A stretch of 64,000 nt of DNA. It comes from Heteronotia binoei. Lineage: Eukaryota. Positions 12,109 through 24,371 of the stretch are shown in pieces. The position numbers and the translations under genes were made by a program. The notes under the pieces are model-generated. The model searched no databases. It had not been told where the DNA came from and saw only the letters and a program-made list of their open reading frames with translations. Numbering within the stretch: position 1 is the first letter of the stretch; every line of letters begins with the position of its first letter. Where the stretch lies: NCBI RefSeq assembly GCF_032191835.1, contig NC_083230.1, positions 82,584,001-82,648,000 of the forward strand, written 5' to 3'.

Positions 12109-12918
12109 CTGCCAAGGGTCATATGGATATTTATAACATCATTCGTGGGCCATAAAAAATTATCAGCTTAAAAACCAGTGCTCCACTGAAGAAGAATGAT
12201 TCAGGCCAGCAAAATTAATGCAAATAATTGTTTTTTCTATTTGAAGTCATGTGGGGAGAGCCTAATCTGGTGTGCGCGCACACACACTGGGCCCGTTGCC
12301 CTAGGCAATGTAGAGGTCCAGGACTTTTTTGTAGAAAAAGCCCAGCAGGAACTCAGTAGCATTAGACCACATTCCCTAATATTAGCATATTAGGTCACAC
12401 ACTCATTAGCATATTAGGCCACACCATCTGGGATAATCAAGTGCAAACTAAACTGTGACAATAACTTTTCCGGGCCCTGCAGCAATTCTGGCCGGCCATC
12501 AAGGCCTCAGGGAGGCTGCCACACAGTACATCTGGGCCCTGTGATCTCTGCCTGGCTCTGGGGAGGCTGCTGCACTGCGTAGCTGGGCCCCACAATACTT
12601 GCTGGCCAGCCAGGCCCCAGGGAGGCTGCCACACGTCTTGGATCGGCCCAGCAATCCCTGAGGGCCACACCAAGTGACCTCAAGAGCCGTATACAGCCCT
12701 CGGGACAGAGGTTCCCACCCCTGAAGTAGACAATACTGATCTTGGTAGGCCAAGGGTGTGATAAAGCAGCTTCATATGTATTCAACAGTGGTTTATGTTC
12801 TCTGCAGCCCTCTGATGAAAGGAATGCAAATAGAACTGCATGTGCCCTTGGCTGCTTTTCTGTCACACTAGAAGAAGGTAAGTATCCCAGCAGAGCCTTC
12901 AGAAGAGTTATTTCTCTT

Positions 12919-13131
12919 GAGAGCCTGTGTGGTTTAGTGGTTAGAGTGTTGGACTATGGTTTGGAAGGCCCAGGCTCGAAAGGCCACACTGGGTGACCTT
13001 GGACCAGTTACAAACTCTCAACCTAACCTACCTCACAGGGTTGTTTGTAAGGATACAATGGATGAGGAGAATGATGTGAGCTACTTTGTGTCCCCATTGA
13101 GGATAAAAGTAGGATATAAATTAAGTAAATA
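12919..13131 (+). mobile_element. MIR/Ther1-like CORE SINE (Squam3-type)
   Basis: tRNA-like head, CORE (gggtgaccttggaccagt...ctacctcacagggttgtt), L2-like tail. Confidence 0.7.
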
Positions 13132-15556
13132 GGTACAAACCATCATTGTCAAGTTGGAAGCAGATCTCTCCTTTTCTTTTTTCATGAACATCTTCCCATT
13201 TTCTGGTGGAAATAAAAGCTGCGACACTAGCTGATTTCCCTTCATGTTTTTGTAATTTGTTTTATTTCCTCCTTTAAGCATCCCTTTAAGGGTGAAATGA
13301 AATCCAACCATTTACAGAGAAAATGATTTCAGAATGTACACTTTGATTTATCCTTACAAAAAAGTTATTAATATTGGTATTTATAAATTAGACTTTATGG
13401 GGCTTGTTCTACATATTTGGTAAGTCCCAAATATTCCTTAGCTAACAAAGGGCATAACAGTTATTCCATTCGCTAGTGATCCCATATAATTTCCTTGAGA
13501 AATTGGCCCCATTTCCAGGACAGTGCCCTACAGAATACTGCTTGTTTCCCTCAGGATTACATTGGATAGTGGTGTGTACCCTTGTTGCTCATTCTTCTTC
13601 ATGTCCCTTTTGAGGCTGATTTATCTGCCCTGGTATTTCCAATAAGAGAATAATGCATAACTGCCTCCGTTTCTTCATAACGTAATTAAGGCCCTTCAAT
13701 TCCTCCCACACACCAAACTTCACCACTTCCATATTTGCCCCTTTATAATTTTTCCAGAAAAGTTCTGGAGGTTAATAGACATATATAGACTCCCATTTTT
13801 CTCTCACACACAGCTTAAGGCCTATAAATCCATGGCAACTGGTTCCTTGCAACCCAGTCCACCATGGGACTGCTCTATGCCTCTTCAGATCTCCACCAGT
13901 AGAAGTCAGAGAAGAGAGAGCAAGAGAAGTGAAGCAAGGCAGTTGTCTGGAAAGAAAGAGCCAGAGAAAACAAGTGCTAGTTTAGATCCAAGCTGTGATC
14001 AACCCATCACCATTTCAAGTTAACTCAGAATGTCCTTGCATGCCTGCAAAAGGAAAACAAATTGAGTATCTTCCAGTTTTCCTGTTCAGCAAGTTTTAAT
14101 GCACATATTGGGAAGACAGACTATGGAACTGGTACCCAATATGGAAATAAACATCTTTCTCCTTCACAAAGAGTCAGAACTAGGACAATTTATCCAACTC
14201 TCTGAGCAATATAAACTTAACCTTGGGTAAACTGGATAAATTGTGAAAAGCCCCCAAAGTCCCAGAGAACATGAGAGAAGATGAATACATATGAACAACC
14301 ACCAGAGAACTGCTAGGACCAGAAGTAACATTGGTCACTCCTTCTATTAAAAGGCAGGTTAAATATGCTGCTGTCTAGTACCTAGTTCACACAAATGATC
14401 AGATGAGATTGCAAAACTATCACTTCAGGTGGGGGATTGCATGGACAGGTGTCTCTGCAAGGGGGAAAACAAGTCCTACATACACAGAACAAGCATATCA
14501 AGGAGAAGGCTACACTTTTCTAGTTTTCCGTGTGCAGGGAAGTTGTTGGGATTTTTTTTCCAGTATGGAGGAGCCTCCCCACTTTGTCTGCAGTCCAGGA
14601 ATCTCTTTACAACTTCAGTTGTCATTTGCATGAAATAAGTAAGTTAAAAAGGGGAATGTTGCAGTATAGAAGAGCACAGACTTCCTAGTCCATTGAACAA
14701 GTGGGAAACATTCTGGCCACAAGCAGGGACATTTAGTGGTCAGCATCTGTGCATGCCAACTCCCAGTGGCTGCAACATCAACACTTCAAATCATCTGGGT
14801 GGCAAAGGGGAGGGAGAGAAACAAACAGGGCTTGTTGTCATCAGGTAACATGTACTCCCAAGCCCCCTCCAGGTATTCACAGGATCCAGAGAAAGATTTA
14901 AGCTAGACTTGTGGAGGGCATTTGAATGTCTCCTGCTGGTCAAGAGCAGCTTTCTGCCAACTTCCATGTGCTGTCAGGCACAATTATACACTTTTAAAAC
15001 TTGCTTGGTAGTTGTCTTTTTCTGACCTTTTCTGTATAGTAGGGGAAACCTCTGGTAATACTTTAAAAAGCCAGTCTACTCTTTCCCCCGCCATTAAATT
15101 GGAGTGGTTTTAAAAATAAATTTCCCTTCACAGCTCTATTGTTACATCTCTAGTAATACACTGAAGACATCATTACTGCAGCAGTGAACCCCACTGTGTG
15201 CATCCATTCCACTGGCTTTATGAAAAAGGGCCAACAAGGATGCAGTGGGGGCACATGGCAGGCACTTTATGCCCATAGCAGTAGTTTCTAATTTATTTGG
15301 GGATAACCACTAACACACACATCCCAAAGTGGGGTGTTCTGCATGCCACAAACCCCGTTAGCTGAGCTTGCAGTGACATGCCACAAAGATATCATGTTCT
15401 CTCTATGGTACCTAGTAGACATGATCAACGCACTACAAGTGGGGTTTTTTGGGGGGGAGGGGCGGCGTTCCCTGATTTGTCCATATCAGTCTTTCCAATT
15501 GTGCACAAAGCCTTTGCTTAAGATCTGCTCAATTAGACCAGGCTTTTGAAAATCCT

Positions 15557-16044
15557 CAGCGGTCCCCAACCTTTTTGGCACCAGGGACCAGTTTTGTGGA
15601 AGACGTTTTTTCTTCCACAAAAGGGTGGGGGGATGGTTTCAGGATGATACAATTGTGCACTTTATTTCTATTAGTTTGGTGTAGTGGTTAAGTGCACGGA
15701 CTCTTATCTGGGAGGACCGAGTTTGATTCCCCACTCCTCCACTGGCAGCTGCTGGAATTTCCTTGGGTCAGCCATAGCTCTTGCAGAGCTGTCCTTGAAA
15801 GGGCAGCTTCTGAGAGAGCTCTCTCAGCCCCACCTATCTCACAAGAGTGTCTGTTGTGGAGGAGGAAGATAAAGGAGATTGTAAGCCACTCTGAGATTCG
15901 GAGTGGAGGGCAGGATATAAATCCAGCGTTGCCTTATTATTATTACATTGTAATATATAATGAAATAATTATACAACTCACGGCCCAGTTGCTAACAAGC
16001 CATGAACCAGTACCAGTCCACGGCCCAGGGGTTGGGGACCCCTG
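15557..16044. mobile_element. hAT-Charlie MITE closely resembling primate MER1A/Charlie3
   Basis: Ends CAGCGGTCCCCAACCTTTTTGGCACCAGGGACC / GGGGTTGGGGACCCCTG; internal ATTACATTGTAATATATAATGAAATAATTATACAACTCAC matches the MER1A consensus as I recall it. TSD not preserved. Confidence 0.75.
15673..15934 (+). mobile_element. Squam3-type CORE SINE inserted in the MER1A-like MITE
   Basis: AGTTTGGTGTAGTGGTTAAG head with B box, CORE and L2-like tail; same family as 45327-45598. Confidence 0.85.
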
Positions 16045-17381
16045 ATCTAAAGATTCTCTACCATGGCTTAGGAAAGAACTACTCTCCTCTTCTGCCTCTC
16101 CCACCCATGGAGGGCTTCCTGTTCTCATATTCCAATAGCTCTGTGAATCCTGTTGTTTGCAATGCATGCTTAAGTTGAGTATCTGCTTTCTACAAACTGG
16201 GGGTGAGACAAGTTCCCTTAAAATGCTGGCTTGCCAAGGCATTTCCTAAAGTCATTTTCTTCTTTAGATCCCATTCCCAGCAACATAGAAGCCCAGAGGC
16301 ATTAGTGCAAAGTTCCTTAATGAAGACTTGGAGGGACCAAGTTCTAGCTACATAATAAATAATTAAATAGACTGTCCTTTTAAACTGGAAGCTTAATAAA
16401 GCCATCCAAGGCTAAGGGCTTGTTTCCTTTTGAATGGTAAAGCTTGTTACTGCAAATTCTCTTCCCCACCCCCACCCCGAGGTCAGTTTCAAGTTTCTCT
16501 TTGGTGCAGTCAAGGAAGGAGATCAGAACAAAAAGTCCTTTCAGAGTCCCAAAGGAATTCAGTGCTAACTTATCCAATTACAATGGGATCTGTTCCTTGC
16601 ACACAACAGTGGTGGAGGGGAGAAGACTACGGCAGTAGAAAAAACCAAAGAGAATTGCAGAATGGATAAAGGAGGAGCTGTGCGCCTGGTGACAAATGGA
16701 GGCTACAGACAGCAGTGATAGGAGCATTAAGGATTCATGAGCAGTAATTGTGAAATCCTAGATACATACACAAAGCATGCCCTGTAGAGCAAGCAGAGGA
16801 GGCAGAACAAACGGTGGGCTAGTCTGAAGAAAGGAAGTGGCAGGATGCTGAAAGCCACGGTGGCATTGGTCTCCCAGGTTGTGGTTTCTTGAGTTGGCAT
16901 ATGGACTTTCAGAGCTCTCCCAACCAGGGCCTGCGGTGCGACAAACACGCCACGTTCAAAAGCATCTCACTTGCTCATGCGCACAGTCAGGAAGGACAAG
17001 GAACATATTTTTGTTGCGAAGGGTAGATTAAGGTCATAGCTAGTTCTTCCCCTCTGTTTCTCTGCACAGTCCCCCTGGGCTGAATCCAGACCTTGCTGGT
17101 TCCCCTGCTATGGTTGTATTACAGTGATAATTAGCAAATGGATTTTCCTGCAGGATGAGCCAATCTGCCTGCAAAAGATCGTTATAGCACTGTGATAACA
17201 GGATACACAATGCTGTACAGATGCAACCGTGGTGTAGAACTACTGGGAGCTATTAGTGTTTCCTTATCACCCTAGAAGTTCCTTGCTTCTCCCCTGCATT
17301 TGCTTTAGCAAAGCAGCTTAGACAAAGCACTATCACCCCTACCAAACTCCTCCACTGGGTCTCAAGTTCCCTATTAAGCGC

Positions 17382-17923
17382 CAGGGCCAGCCCTAGGGTA
17401 CGTGGCACCCCAGGCAGACTCACTGCCTGCCACCCCATGCCCCTGAGGGTCCTAGGTGCATGCACACCCCCAGGCTGGACCGGCCCCCTCCCCTTCTGCA
17501 GCATCGCACTCCGCCACCCCCCCCCCGGGCGCACTCAGAGGAGCACCATTAGACTTGGCCCTACCTGCTTCGACGCGGGCATCTGAGCGTTTTCTCTTAA
17601 GAGAGTGCTGGAGGAGGCTTCACTTCCCTGAGCAAAGCCTCCTCCAGCACTCTCTTAAGAGGGAATGCTCAGATGCTGTCGAAGCGGGTAGGACCAAGCC
17701 TAGCAGCACTCCTCTGAGCACACCAGGGAGGGGGCAGAGGAGCATGGCCCTGTGGAAGGGAAGGGAGGGGGGAGGGAGGGGGCAGTGTCCCGGCCTGAGG
17801 TGTGCACACAAACAGCAGTGACGGTGGTAGTGGTGGGGGAATTAGGCATTTGTCTTGGGTACCAGGAAGGGGGGGAGCCCAATTTGGAGCCCCCTCACTT
17901 GCCTAGTGGGCAAGCTGGGCCTG
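17382..17923. mobile_element. hAT (Tip100-like, CAGGGCCAGC TIR) MITE containing a long hairpin
   Basis: CAGGGCCAGCCCTAGG / CCTAGTGGGCAAGCTGGGCCTG ends; internal inverted repeat at 17534-17718. Confidence 0.6.
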
Positions 17924-17925
17924 CT

Positions 17926-18040
17926 CAGGCTCTTTTTGAGCAGGAATGCAAAGGAATGCAGTTCCACTGGCTTGGCATCAGGGGGTATGATCTAATATGC
18001 ATATGAGTTCCTGCTGGGTTTTTTCTACAAAAAAGCCCTG
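17926..18040. mobile_element. CAGGGCTTTTT-TIR hAT MITE
   Basis: Same family as 25296-25493, 34989-35185, 39953-40122 and 51255-51373. Confidence 0.8.
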
Positions 18041-19022
18041 CTATTAATAAACAAGGTGAAACCTCCTAGGTGAGGGTGGGTTCAACACTGACAGAGCAGC
18101 TGAGGAGGCACATGGAGGAAAAGGTTCTTCAGAGGAGTAGCGCTGATTAGGAATGCCTCATCATTACCACTCTGTGGTTACAAGGCTTAGCCATCCATCT
18201 TCCCAACAAAAGCTAAAAGAGATTCCAAGTGAGTATGGGGCAGCTTTCAATTGCATCCTCTGTAACAATCTGACAAAGGGGAATTCACTTCATTTTCAAA
18301 AGGTGTAAAGGCCAAGCCACACAATCCGTGGACATGGCATAGCTAGCACTTGACAACCCGATTGGTATAAAGAGCCATCCGGCAATTGAGCAAGATGCAT
18401 CTGACAAAAAGTTGAGAACTCAAACCTGTACCTCAGGAAGATGAGCCATCACCATTGCTGGATATTTTCTGATCAGCCATTATATCAAAACTGGAGTCAA
18501 TGCACAGGAATTTCACCATGAAATTATAGTAGAGAGTGAACTAGCTAAGAGTTTTATGGAGACAGAAGAGAGCAGACAGCTCGTTTGACAAAAGGAAAGC
18601 CATGGCACATGCACAGCACTCTAGAGAGACTAGACATAAGGGTGGGGGCAGTAGGTGTAAGCAGGGGGGAAGCAGAGATAGAAAACCAACCACATACTAA
18701 AATCAGTTTCTCCAACCAGTGATTTTTTTTCCATAGTTGGGGGCTTCTACTACTACTGCACATACATCTTCCATTTCTTGCTTTAGGCACAGGTGTTCAA
18801 GGTTCACTTACTTCCCTAGCAGCAAACATAACATGATGTTTTCAACATGCTTCACTCTGACTTAGAGTTACCAACCCCATCAATCAATTTGGAAAGGCAC
18901 TAGGCCACCCCACAGAAGGTAGGTGGATGCCAGCAATAACGAGATACTTAAATGCTTGGCATCTAGTTCTTGTTGCTGGGGTCCTGCGTCTACTTCATCA
19001 AATGGGCTCCGTTCACCTATGC

Positions 19023-19492
19023 GAGGGTAGCCAGGTCCAACTCAGGAAATATCTGGGGGCTTTGGGGGTGGAGCCAGGAGCAAGGTTGTGGCAAGCACCG
19101 CTGAACTCCAAAGGGAGCACTTGCCGTGACATTTAAAGAGCCCACACTCCTTATGCCTTCCCTCCAATGGAAGAGGAGGGGGCACCATTTTTGAAGCTCA
19201 TAAAGTTGGACCCTTTGATCCAACCTTTCTAAAACTTAGTGGGGTTTTTTGAGGAAAGGCACCAGATGCTATGCTGAAAATCTGGTGCCTCTACCACAAG
19301 AAACCCTCCCAGAGCCCCAGATACTCATGGATTGATTCTCCATTGTACCCCATGGGAACCAGTCTCCACAGGGTATAATGGAGTGCCCAGCAGACATTTC
19401 CTCCCCATCCCTATTTCCCGAACACCTTGAAGCGGGTGGAAGGCCTCCAAATCAAGGGATCCCCTGCCCCCAACTGGGGACTGGCAACCCTA
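19023..19492. mobile_element. TAGGGTTGCCA-family hAT MITE, opposite orientation to 11613-12108
   Basis: TIRs present; degenerate TSD acctatgc/gcctttgc. Confidence 0.8.
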
Positions 19493-19638
19493 GCCTTTGC
19501 TAAGTAATCATTTTAAAGGCCTAGCTCTTGCTCTACCAACACAACAGTATTCTTCTCAAAAGGGCAGCATCCTAGAGCCTTCAAGTATCTTCATATTTCT
19601 CCCACTCCATAATAGGATGGGCATTCTAGCTGGGTATA

Positions 19639-19644
19639 TTTATT
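19639..19644 (-). terminator. Candidate polyadenylation signal for MGAT3
   Basis: AATAAA on the minus strand about 1.05 kb after the stop; not unique, and the 3' UTR may be longer. Confidence 0.25.
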
Positions 19645-20690
19645 TAGAATCCTAACCTCCTGTTCCCTTGGAAGCAATGCCATCACTCACACACATACCA
19701 TTTTAGTTGAAAATGCAAGTATCACATTTTGTTGTTATGGAAGAGGGAGAGTTTACCCTCAAGGGGTTTTGCCATTGCAAATCTGCTGTCTTAAAGACCA
19801 TACTTGCAACACTTGAGACTGGGTATCAGCACATTCACTTACTGAACAAGCCAGACAGCCTTCATAACCTATCAGTTTGTAGGTTTTCCCTGAATTGTCC
19901 ATGATCAGCAGATGAAAAGCAGAGTTCTTTGGTGCAACCATGCTCTCACAATGTGCTCACACACACTCTAACGTCACCCACATGGCAAAATATACATATC
20001 TTAACAAGAGCACAGCGACTCCTGTTGTCCTCTACCAGCATTCTCACTCTCGTACATGCAAACACACACCTTCTTCTTAGTTAAGGTTCTAGCCATCTGC
20101 AGTAAGGGCACATAGAGCCAGAGTCTGCAAGAAGAGTCCAGGCCTTGTTTGCCTTCAGCTCCCTTTCCCTTGTCTGCAATCTCTCTGGGCTGAACAAATG
20201 ACAGTGTGTCAGACACGGACATCCTAAGTTTCATGTGACTTAGAAGACCATCTCTTAAAGTGGAGTTTGACACCATCCTGATTGAAACTGAAAGGACTGT
20301 AAAGGTTAATTCATGTTCACATCACCATGCTTCCAGCTGTTGTGCCTTACTGCATGTCCCCATATCTCAAACACAGAACAGATCTTTCCATCTGCTACCT
20401 ACATAAGATTTTTCTCCCATCCTACAGGAGAGGTGAAGGGGCTTTGCCAATCTCTCCTGCAAGTTCTGGGGCCAATTCCTACTCCTCCTGGTCCTCATTA
20501 ACATGATTAGGAATTCCACCCCCCCCCCAAGGTCTCATTTCTGGAATGAGGCAAACAGAGGCTGAAGAGAATGTAAACTTCCCCAGCTGGAGAGGAGAGG
20601 AGAGGAAAAAAGGAAAAGACCAGAGTTATGCCTCATTTCTCCCAGTTTATCCATGAAGTTCCAGTTTCCCATGCAAGCCCCCCACTCCCA

Positions 20691-22196
20691 TCACCCAGCT
20701 CCCTCTGCTTTCTGGTAGGGGTTTTCCAGTAAGTAGCGAAAATGCTGGTAGTTCTTCAGCAGATATTTAGGGGCATACATTTGTTCTTTGGGGTCTGCAG
20801 GAGGGTACTCCTGAATGGTACCATCAAACCACCCACCAGTCCGGATTAGTTCCTGGATATAATTGAGGTCCCGCTTGTCTTCATAGTCCCCCCAGCGGGG
20901 AAAATCCCCATTCTGTGCTGACACCAGTTTAAAATAGATTCCCTCAGGTGTGAAGCACCAAGAGCAGTGCCAGCCAGCAAAATGGAGAGGGCTGCCCAGG
21001 GACCATTGTACCAGGATGTGGCCTGTGCTGTTTTCATATTGCCGGAAGCCAGGCATGGTGTAATACTCCCTCCGACGAAGACGGATCCCATCTGTGGCAT
21101 AAACAGTTTGAAGCATTCCAATCGTGCAACCGGAAACCACCTCTAGGGTGCCAGGCTGCTTCCAGAAGAAACCGTAGAGAGATTTGCGCATATGGAAAGC
21201 AAAGGGCTCTGTCCAGCCATCATATAGTTTGAGAAAGAGCACACCATCTCGGGCTGGGATTTCATCTGCATCATCAATGATGAAGACATCGTCAGGCCGC
21301 AAATTGCGGAGGCGAGAGACACCGTCCCGAGTCAGAAATGTGCGCAGATAGTCATCAGCGATCCAGCCATCCTGCCGGCCGCCAGGAGGGAAGTGATCCA
21401 GGAAGACATAGAGTACCTTGTGGCGGATATAGTCAAAAGACCCATTGAGCAGCATCTCACGGAACTTGAGTGGGCGGGGCTCACCGTAGGCCGTGAAATT
21501 CGATTCACAGACAACAAAGGCATCCACCACATCTCCCAGTTCATGGAAACGCACATCCAAGAGATCAAATTCATGGTTCACATTGATGGCATTAATGACT
21601 CTCCTGGGTACCTCTCGTGGTGTCAGACGGTCTTTAGTGGGGAGGTTTGAATACTGGACCACGGTGGGCACCCCACAGCTAGGCCCATGCCAACCAGGCA
21701 GGCATACACACTCCACCCACTTCCGCCGCTTGGTCCCATTAGTGCTCAGAGGTTTCCGGCCTGCACGCTCTGAAGCGGCTCCCTCTAGTTTTTCTTCTGG
21801 CCGGCCTGCTAGTGGTTTTTCCAGCACCTTGGTCCCTGGCTTGAAGCAGACTCCTCCAGCTTTGGTATGTACAAAGTATTCCGAAATGTCTTCAGGCAGC
21901 ACAAACTCCACTCTGTGCAACTCCTCGCTGGCTCTGCTCGGGGAAAGAGGCTGAAGTAAAGGTGAGTGGGAATAGAGTGGCGTGCGGAGGAACTCTGGAC
22001 TCCCTGGCTCTGGGCTGACTTGAGGAGTGACAGGTGCATTGTTCCAGAAAAAGTTAGAAACCAAGTTGGGGCTCAGTGATGCCAGCTCCCTAGGGAATGT
22101 GACATAGGAGAGGGCCTTCAGGAAGTGAAGGAAGGAGATGAGGCAGAGACCAGCCATGCACAGAGTCAGAAAGAGCTTGTGGCGTCTCATCTTCAT
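20691..22196 (-). CDS. MGAT3: Beta-1,4-mannosyl-glycoprotein 4-beta-N-acetylglucosaminyltransferase (GnT-III, GT17), 501 aa, single coding exon
   Basis: N-terminus MKMRRHKLFLTLCMAGLCLISFLHF (type II transmembrane anchor), KWVECVCLPGWHGPSCGVP, DXD motif IIDDADEIPARDG, HFAGWHCSWCF, sequons NFT/NGS/NST; intact ORF. Confidence 0.99.
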   Translation of the reverse strand: MKMRRHKLFLTLCMAGLCLISFLHFLKALSYVTFPRELASLSPNLVSNFFWNNAPVTPQVSPEPGSPEFLRTPLYSHSPLLQPLSPSRASEELHRVEFVLPEDISEYFVHTKAGGVCFKPGTKVLEKPLAGRPEEKLEGAASERAGRKPLSTNGTKRRKWVECVCLPGWHGPSCGVPTVVQYSNLPTKDRLTPREVPRRVINAINVNHEFDLLDVRFHELGDVVDAFVVCESNFTAYGEPRPLKFREMLLNGSFDYIRHKVLYVFLDHFPPGGRQDGWIADDYLRTFLTRDGVSRLRNLRPDDVFIIDDADEIPARDGVLFLKLYDGWTEPFAFHMRKSLYGFFWKQPGTLEVVSGCTIGMLQTVYATDGIRLRRREYYTMPGFRQYENSTGHILVQWSLGSPLHFAGWHCSWCFTPEGIYFKLVSAQNGDFPRWGDYEDKRDLNYIQELIRTGGWFDGTIQEYPPADPKEQMYAPKYLLKNYQHFRYLLENPYQKAEGAG

Positions 22197-22197
22197 C

Positions 22198-22230
22198 CTA
22201 GGACAGGAGAAAAGGATAGAAGAAATAGTA
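22198..22230 (-). promoter_or_regulatory. MGAT3: MGAT3 intron 3' splice site
   Basis: ctatttcttctatccttttctcctgtcctag|G-ATG; the exon starts 1 nt before the ATG, as in mammals. Confidence 0.9.
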
Positions 22231-22924
22231 ATGTTAATCTTTTACTAGCCTACAGAGATTTTTTAACCACTGAATGGGGAAAAAACCCTGATGTGCCGGG
22301 ATGATAAACATAAATTAAATTATAATCCAGTCTAATTCCCCACTTCCCTTATCTCTGCCTTTTGTCCCCTCGCTCCCAAATCCAGTGACCCCCACACTCA
22401 ATTAGAATCTGGAGGAAACGCCACAGACAAGTACTTTCTTCATGTATCTACAGCTTGCCTAATTGCAAGGATTCTGACTGGGGAACAGCAGTTGTATACA
22501 TCATGTGAATGAAAGGGGTCCTTCCTTCTAAAGGAAGAACTCTATAGTCAAACATACAGTGCATGGGCCTGATCCGTCCCCTGCAGGGCTGGTATCCATT
22601 CCATGAGCAACTGCCTGTCTCCTGCTTCCTTCTCACAGCTGATTTTGCATCGCCCAGCCTCTGAAGCGGAAGGAAGAAGAGAGCATATGTCGTGCACCAC
22701 AGAAAAGCTCCCCCTGCTCTCTTTCTGCGTCCTCCACTGTGACTGCTCTTGCATCACCAAGCCTCTCTGAAGGGGAAGGAAAAAGAGAGTGCATATCTGT
22801 GCATTAGAGAAAAGCTTCCCCTGCTCTCTTCTTGCTTCCTCCACTGGGGCTGCTCCTGTGTTGCCAAGTCTGGATTCCCTCATTTGGAGAGGGAGGAAGG
22901 GAGAGAGGTGGAAGGAAAGGGAGT

Positions 22925-22990
22925 TCCATGGAACTTTAAAGACCACCAAAGTTTTATTCCAGGTATAAGCTTTCCTGTGCATGCACACTT
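22925..22990 (-). mobile_element. Penelope-like terminal relic with decayed hammerhead motif
   Basis: aagtgtgcatgcacaggaaagcttatacctggaataaaactttggtggtctttaaag; a related copy lies at about 27212-27265 (+). Confidence 0.55.
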
Positions 22991-23519
22991 TGCGGGGAGG
23001 AGGAGGGGAGGGAGATTCTTATGAAAAGCCCTGCTCTGCTGTTTTCTTTGAGTCCTGTTCACACATACGTGCACCTTAAAAAAAGGAAGGGGGCAGGAAA
23101 GAGATGCATCTGGGATAAGGACAATTAAAGGGAAATTATTCTGAAAAGTTATTTTTGTATGATTAGATTTCTATGTGCCTATCTGGGATTTAATTTTATT
23201 TCAAAAATATCCAAAAATATTCAAAAACAGCACTTGGACTGGATTCCATAGACTAATGACTGGAAGTAGATAGCTAAGTATTTTAAAAATATATTTATGG
23301 TTCCATATATTCCAGTTCACCATGTGGTCTCCCTCTCTCCCCTCTCACCTCACTGGTTGCCTTTCTTCACATTACCTTTCTTCCCTTTGCTTTTTAAACT
23401 TATTATCACTAGCAGTGAGTGGATTTTGTCCAGGCTGAAAGCAACACATTATTTCACATGGAGTGATCCCCCTTTCTGATTCTAACAGCACAGCTTGCAA
23501 TCTTTATTAGTGGAAAGAA

Positions 23520-23600
23520 GCATGAGTCCAGTAGCACCTTAATGCCTAACAAAATTTGTGGCAGGGCATCAGCTTTCATGAGTCACTACTCACTTCTTCA
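23520..23600 (-). mobile_element. Penelope-like terminal relic with hammerhead motif
   Basis: CTGAAGA-AGTGAG.agtga.CTCAT-GAAAGC...aaattttgttaggcattaaggtgctactggactc; second copy at about 23900-23980. Confidence 0.65.
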
Positions 23601-24069
23601 GATACATCTAAAATGTGAGCCCATTTGTCTTTATATCTTGGAGAGTGAAGTGGTTTTAGATGCCAAATAACAATAGCAGCCACTGGTAATGAGAGAAGAA
23701 ACCTAGGTCTCAATTCAGCCCAGGAGAATGCATTGAGCTTCATTATCTGTTGTAATTCAGCAGTGTCTCTAATCTCCATCTGAAATTCCTTTGTTAAGAG
23801 AACTAGTACTCTTAGATCAGCAACTGAGTGTCCTGGAAGGTTAAAATGTCCCCCACGGTTTTTTGAATGTTGTGGTTTCTTATAGCTGTAGAAAGACTAA
23901 GAGTCCAGTAGCACTTTGAAGAATAACAAAATTTGTGGCAGGCTATGAGCATTCATGAGATGCTGCTCACTTCTTCAGTCTTGTTCATTTATTATTTGCA
24001 TTCTCCTGGACCAAACTGAGACCTTGGTTTCCTGTATAATTACCAATGATGATATATCCATGCCTACTA

Positions 24070-24371
24070 AAAAGGTAAAGGTAGTCCTCTGTGCAAGCAC
24101 CAGTCGTTTTCGACTCTGAGGTGACGTTGCTTTCACAATGTTTTCACGGCAGACTTTTTACGGGGTGGTTTGCCATTGCCTTCCCCAGCCATCTACACTT
24201 TCCCCCCAGCAAGCTGGGTACTCATTTTACCAACCTCGGAAGGATGGAAGGCTGAGTCAACCTGGAGCCAGCTACCTGAACCAGCTTCTGATGGGATTGA
24301 ACTCAGGTTGTGAGCAGAGGGCTCCGACTGAAGTACTGCAGCTTTACCACTCTGCACCATGGGGCTCTTCA
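24070..24371 (-). mobile_element. Sauria SINE (Squam1-type), full length
   Basis: tRNA-like head, BovB-related 3' end, (ACCTTT)n tail; 10-bp TSD ATGCCTACTA. Confidence 0.9.

Noticed and set aside
13400-14340. Possible decayed Penelope/LINE remnants (also about 16130-16390 and 18180-18480)
   Set aside because: Too degenerate to assign without a profile search.
20846-22039. Alternative-frame and antisense ORFs overlapping MGAT3
   Set aside because: Typical shadows of a GC3-rich coding exon.
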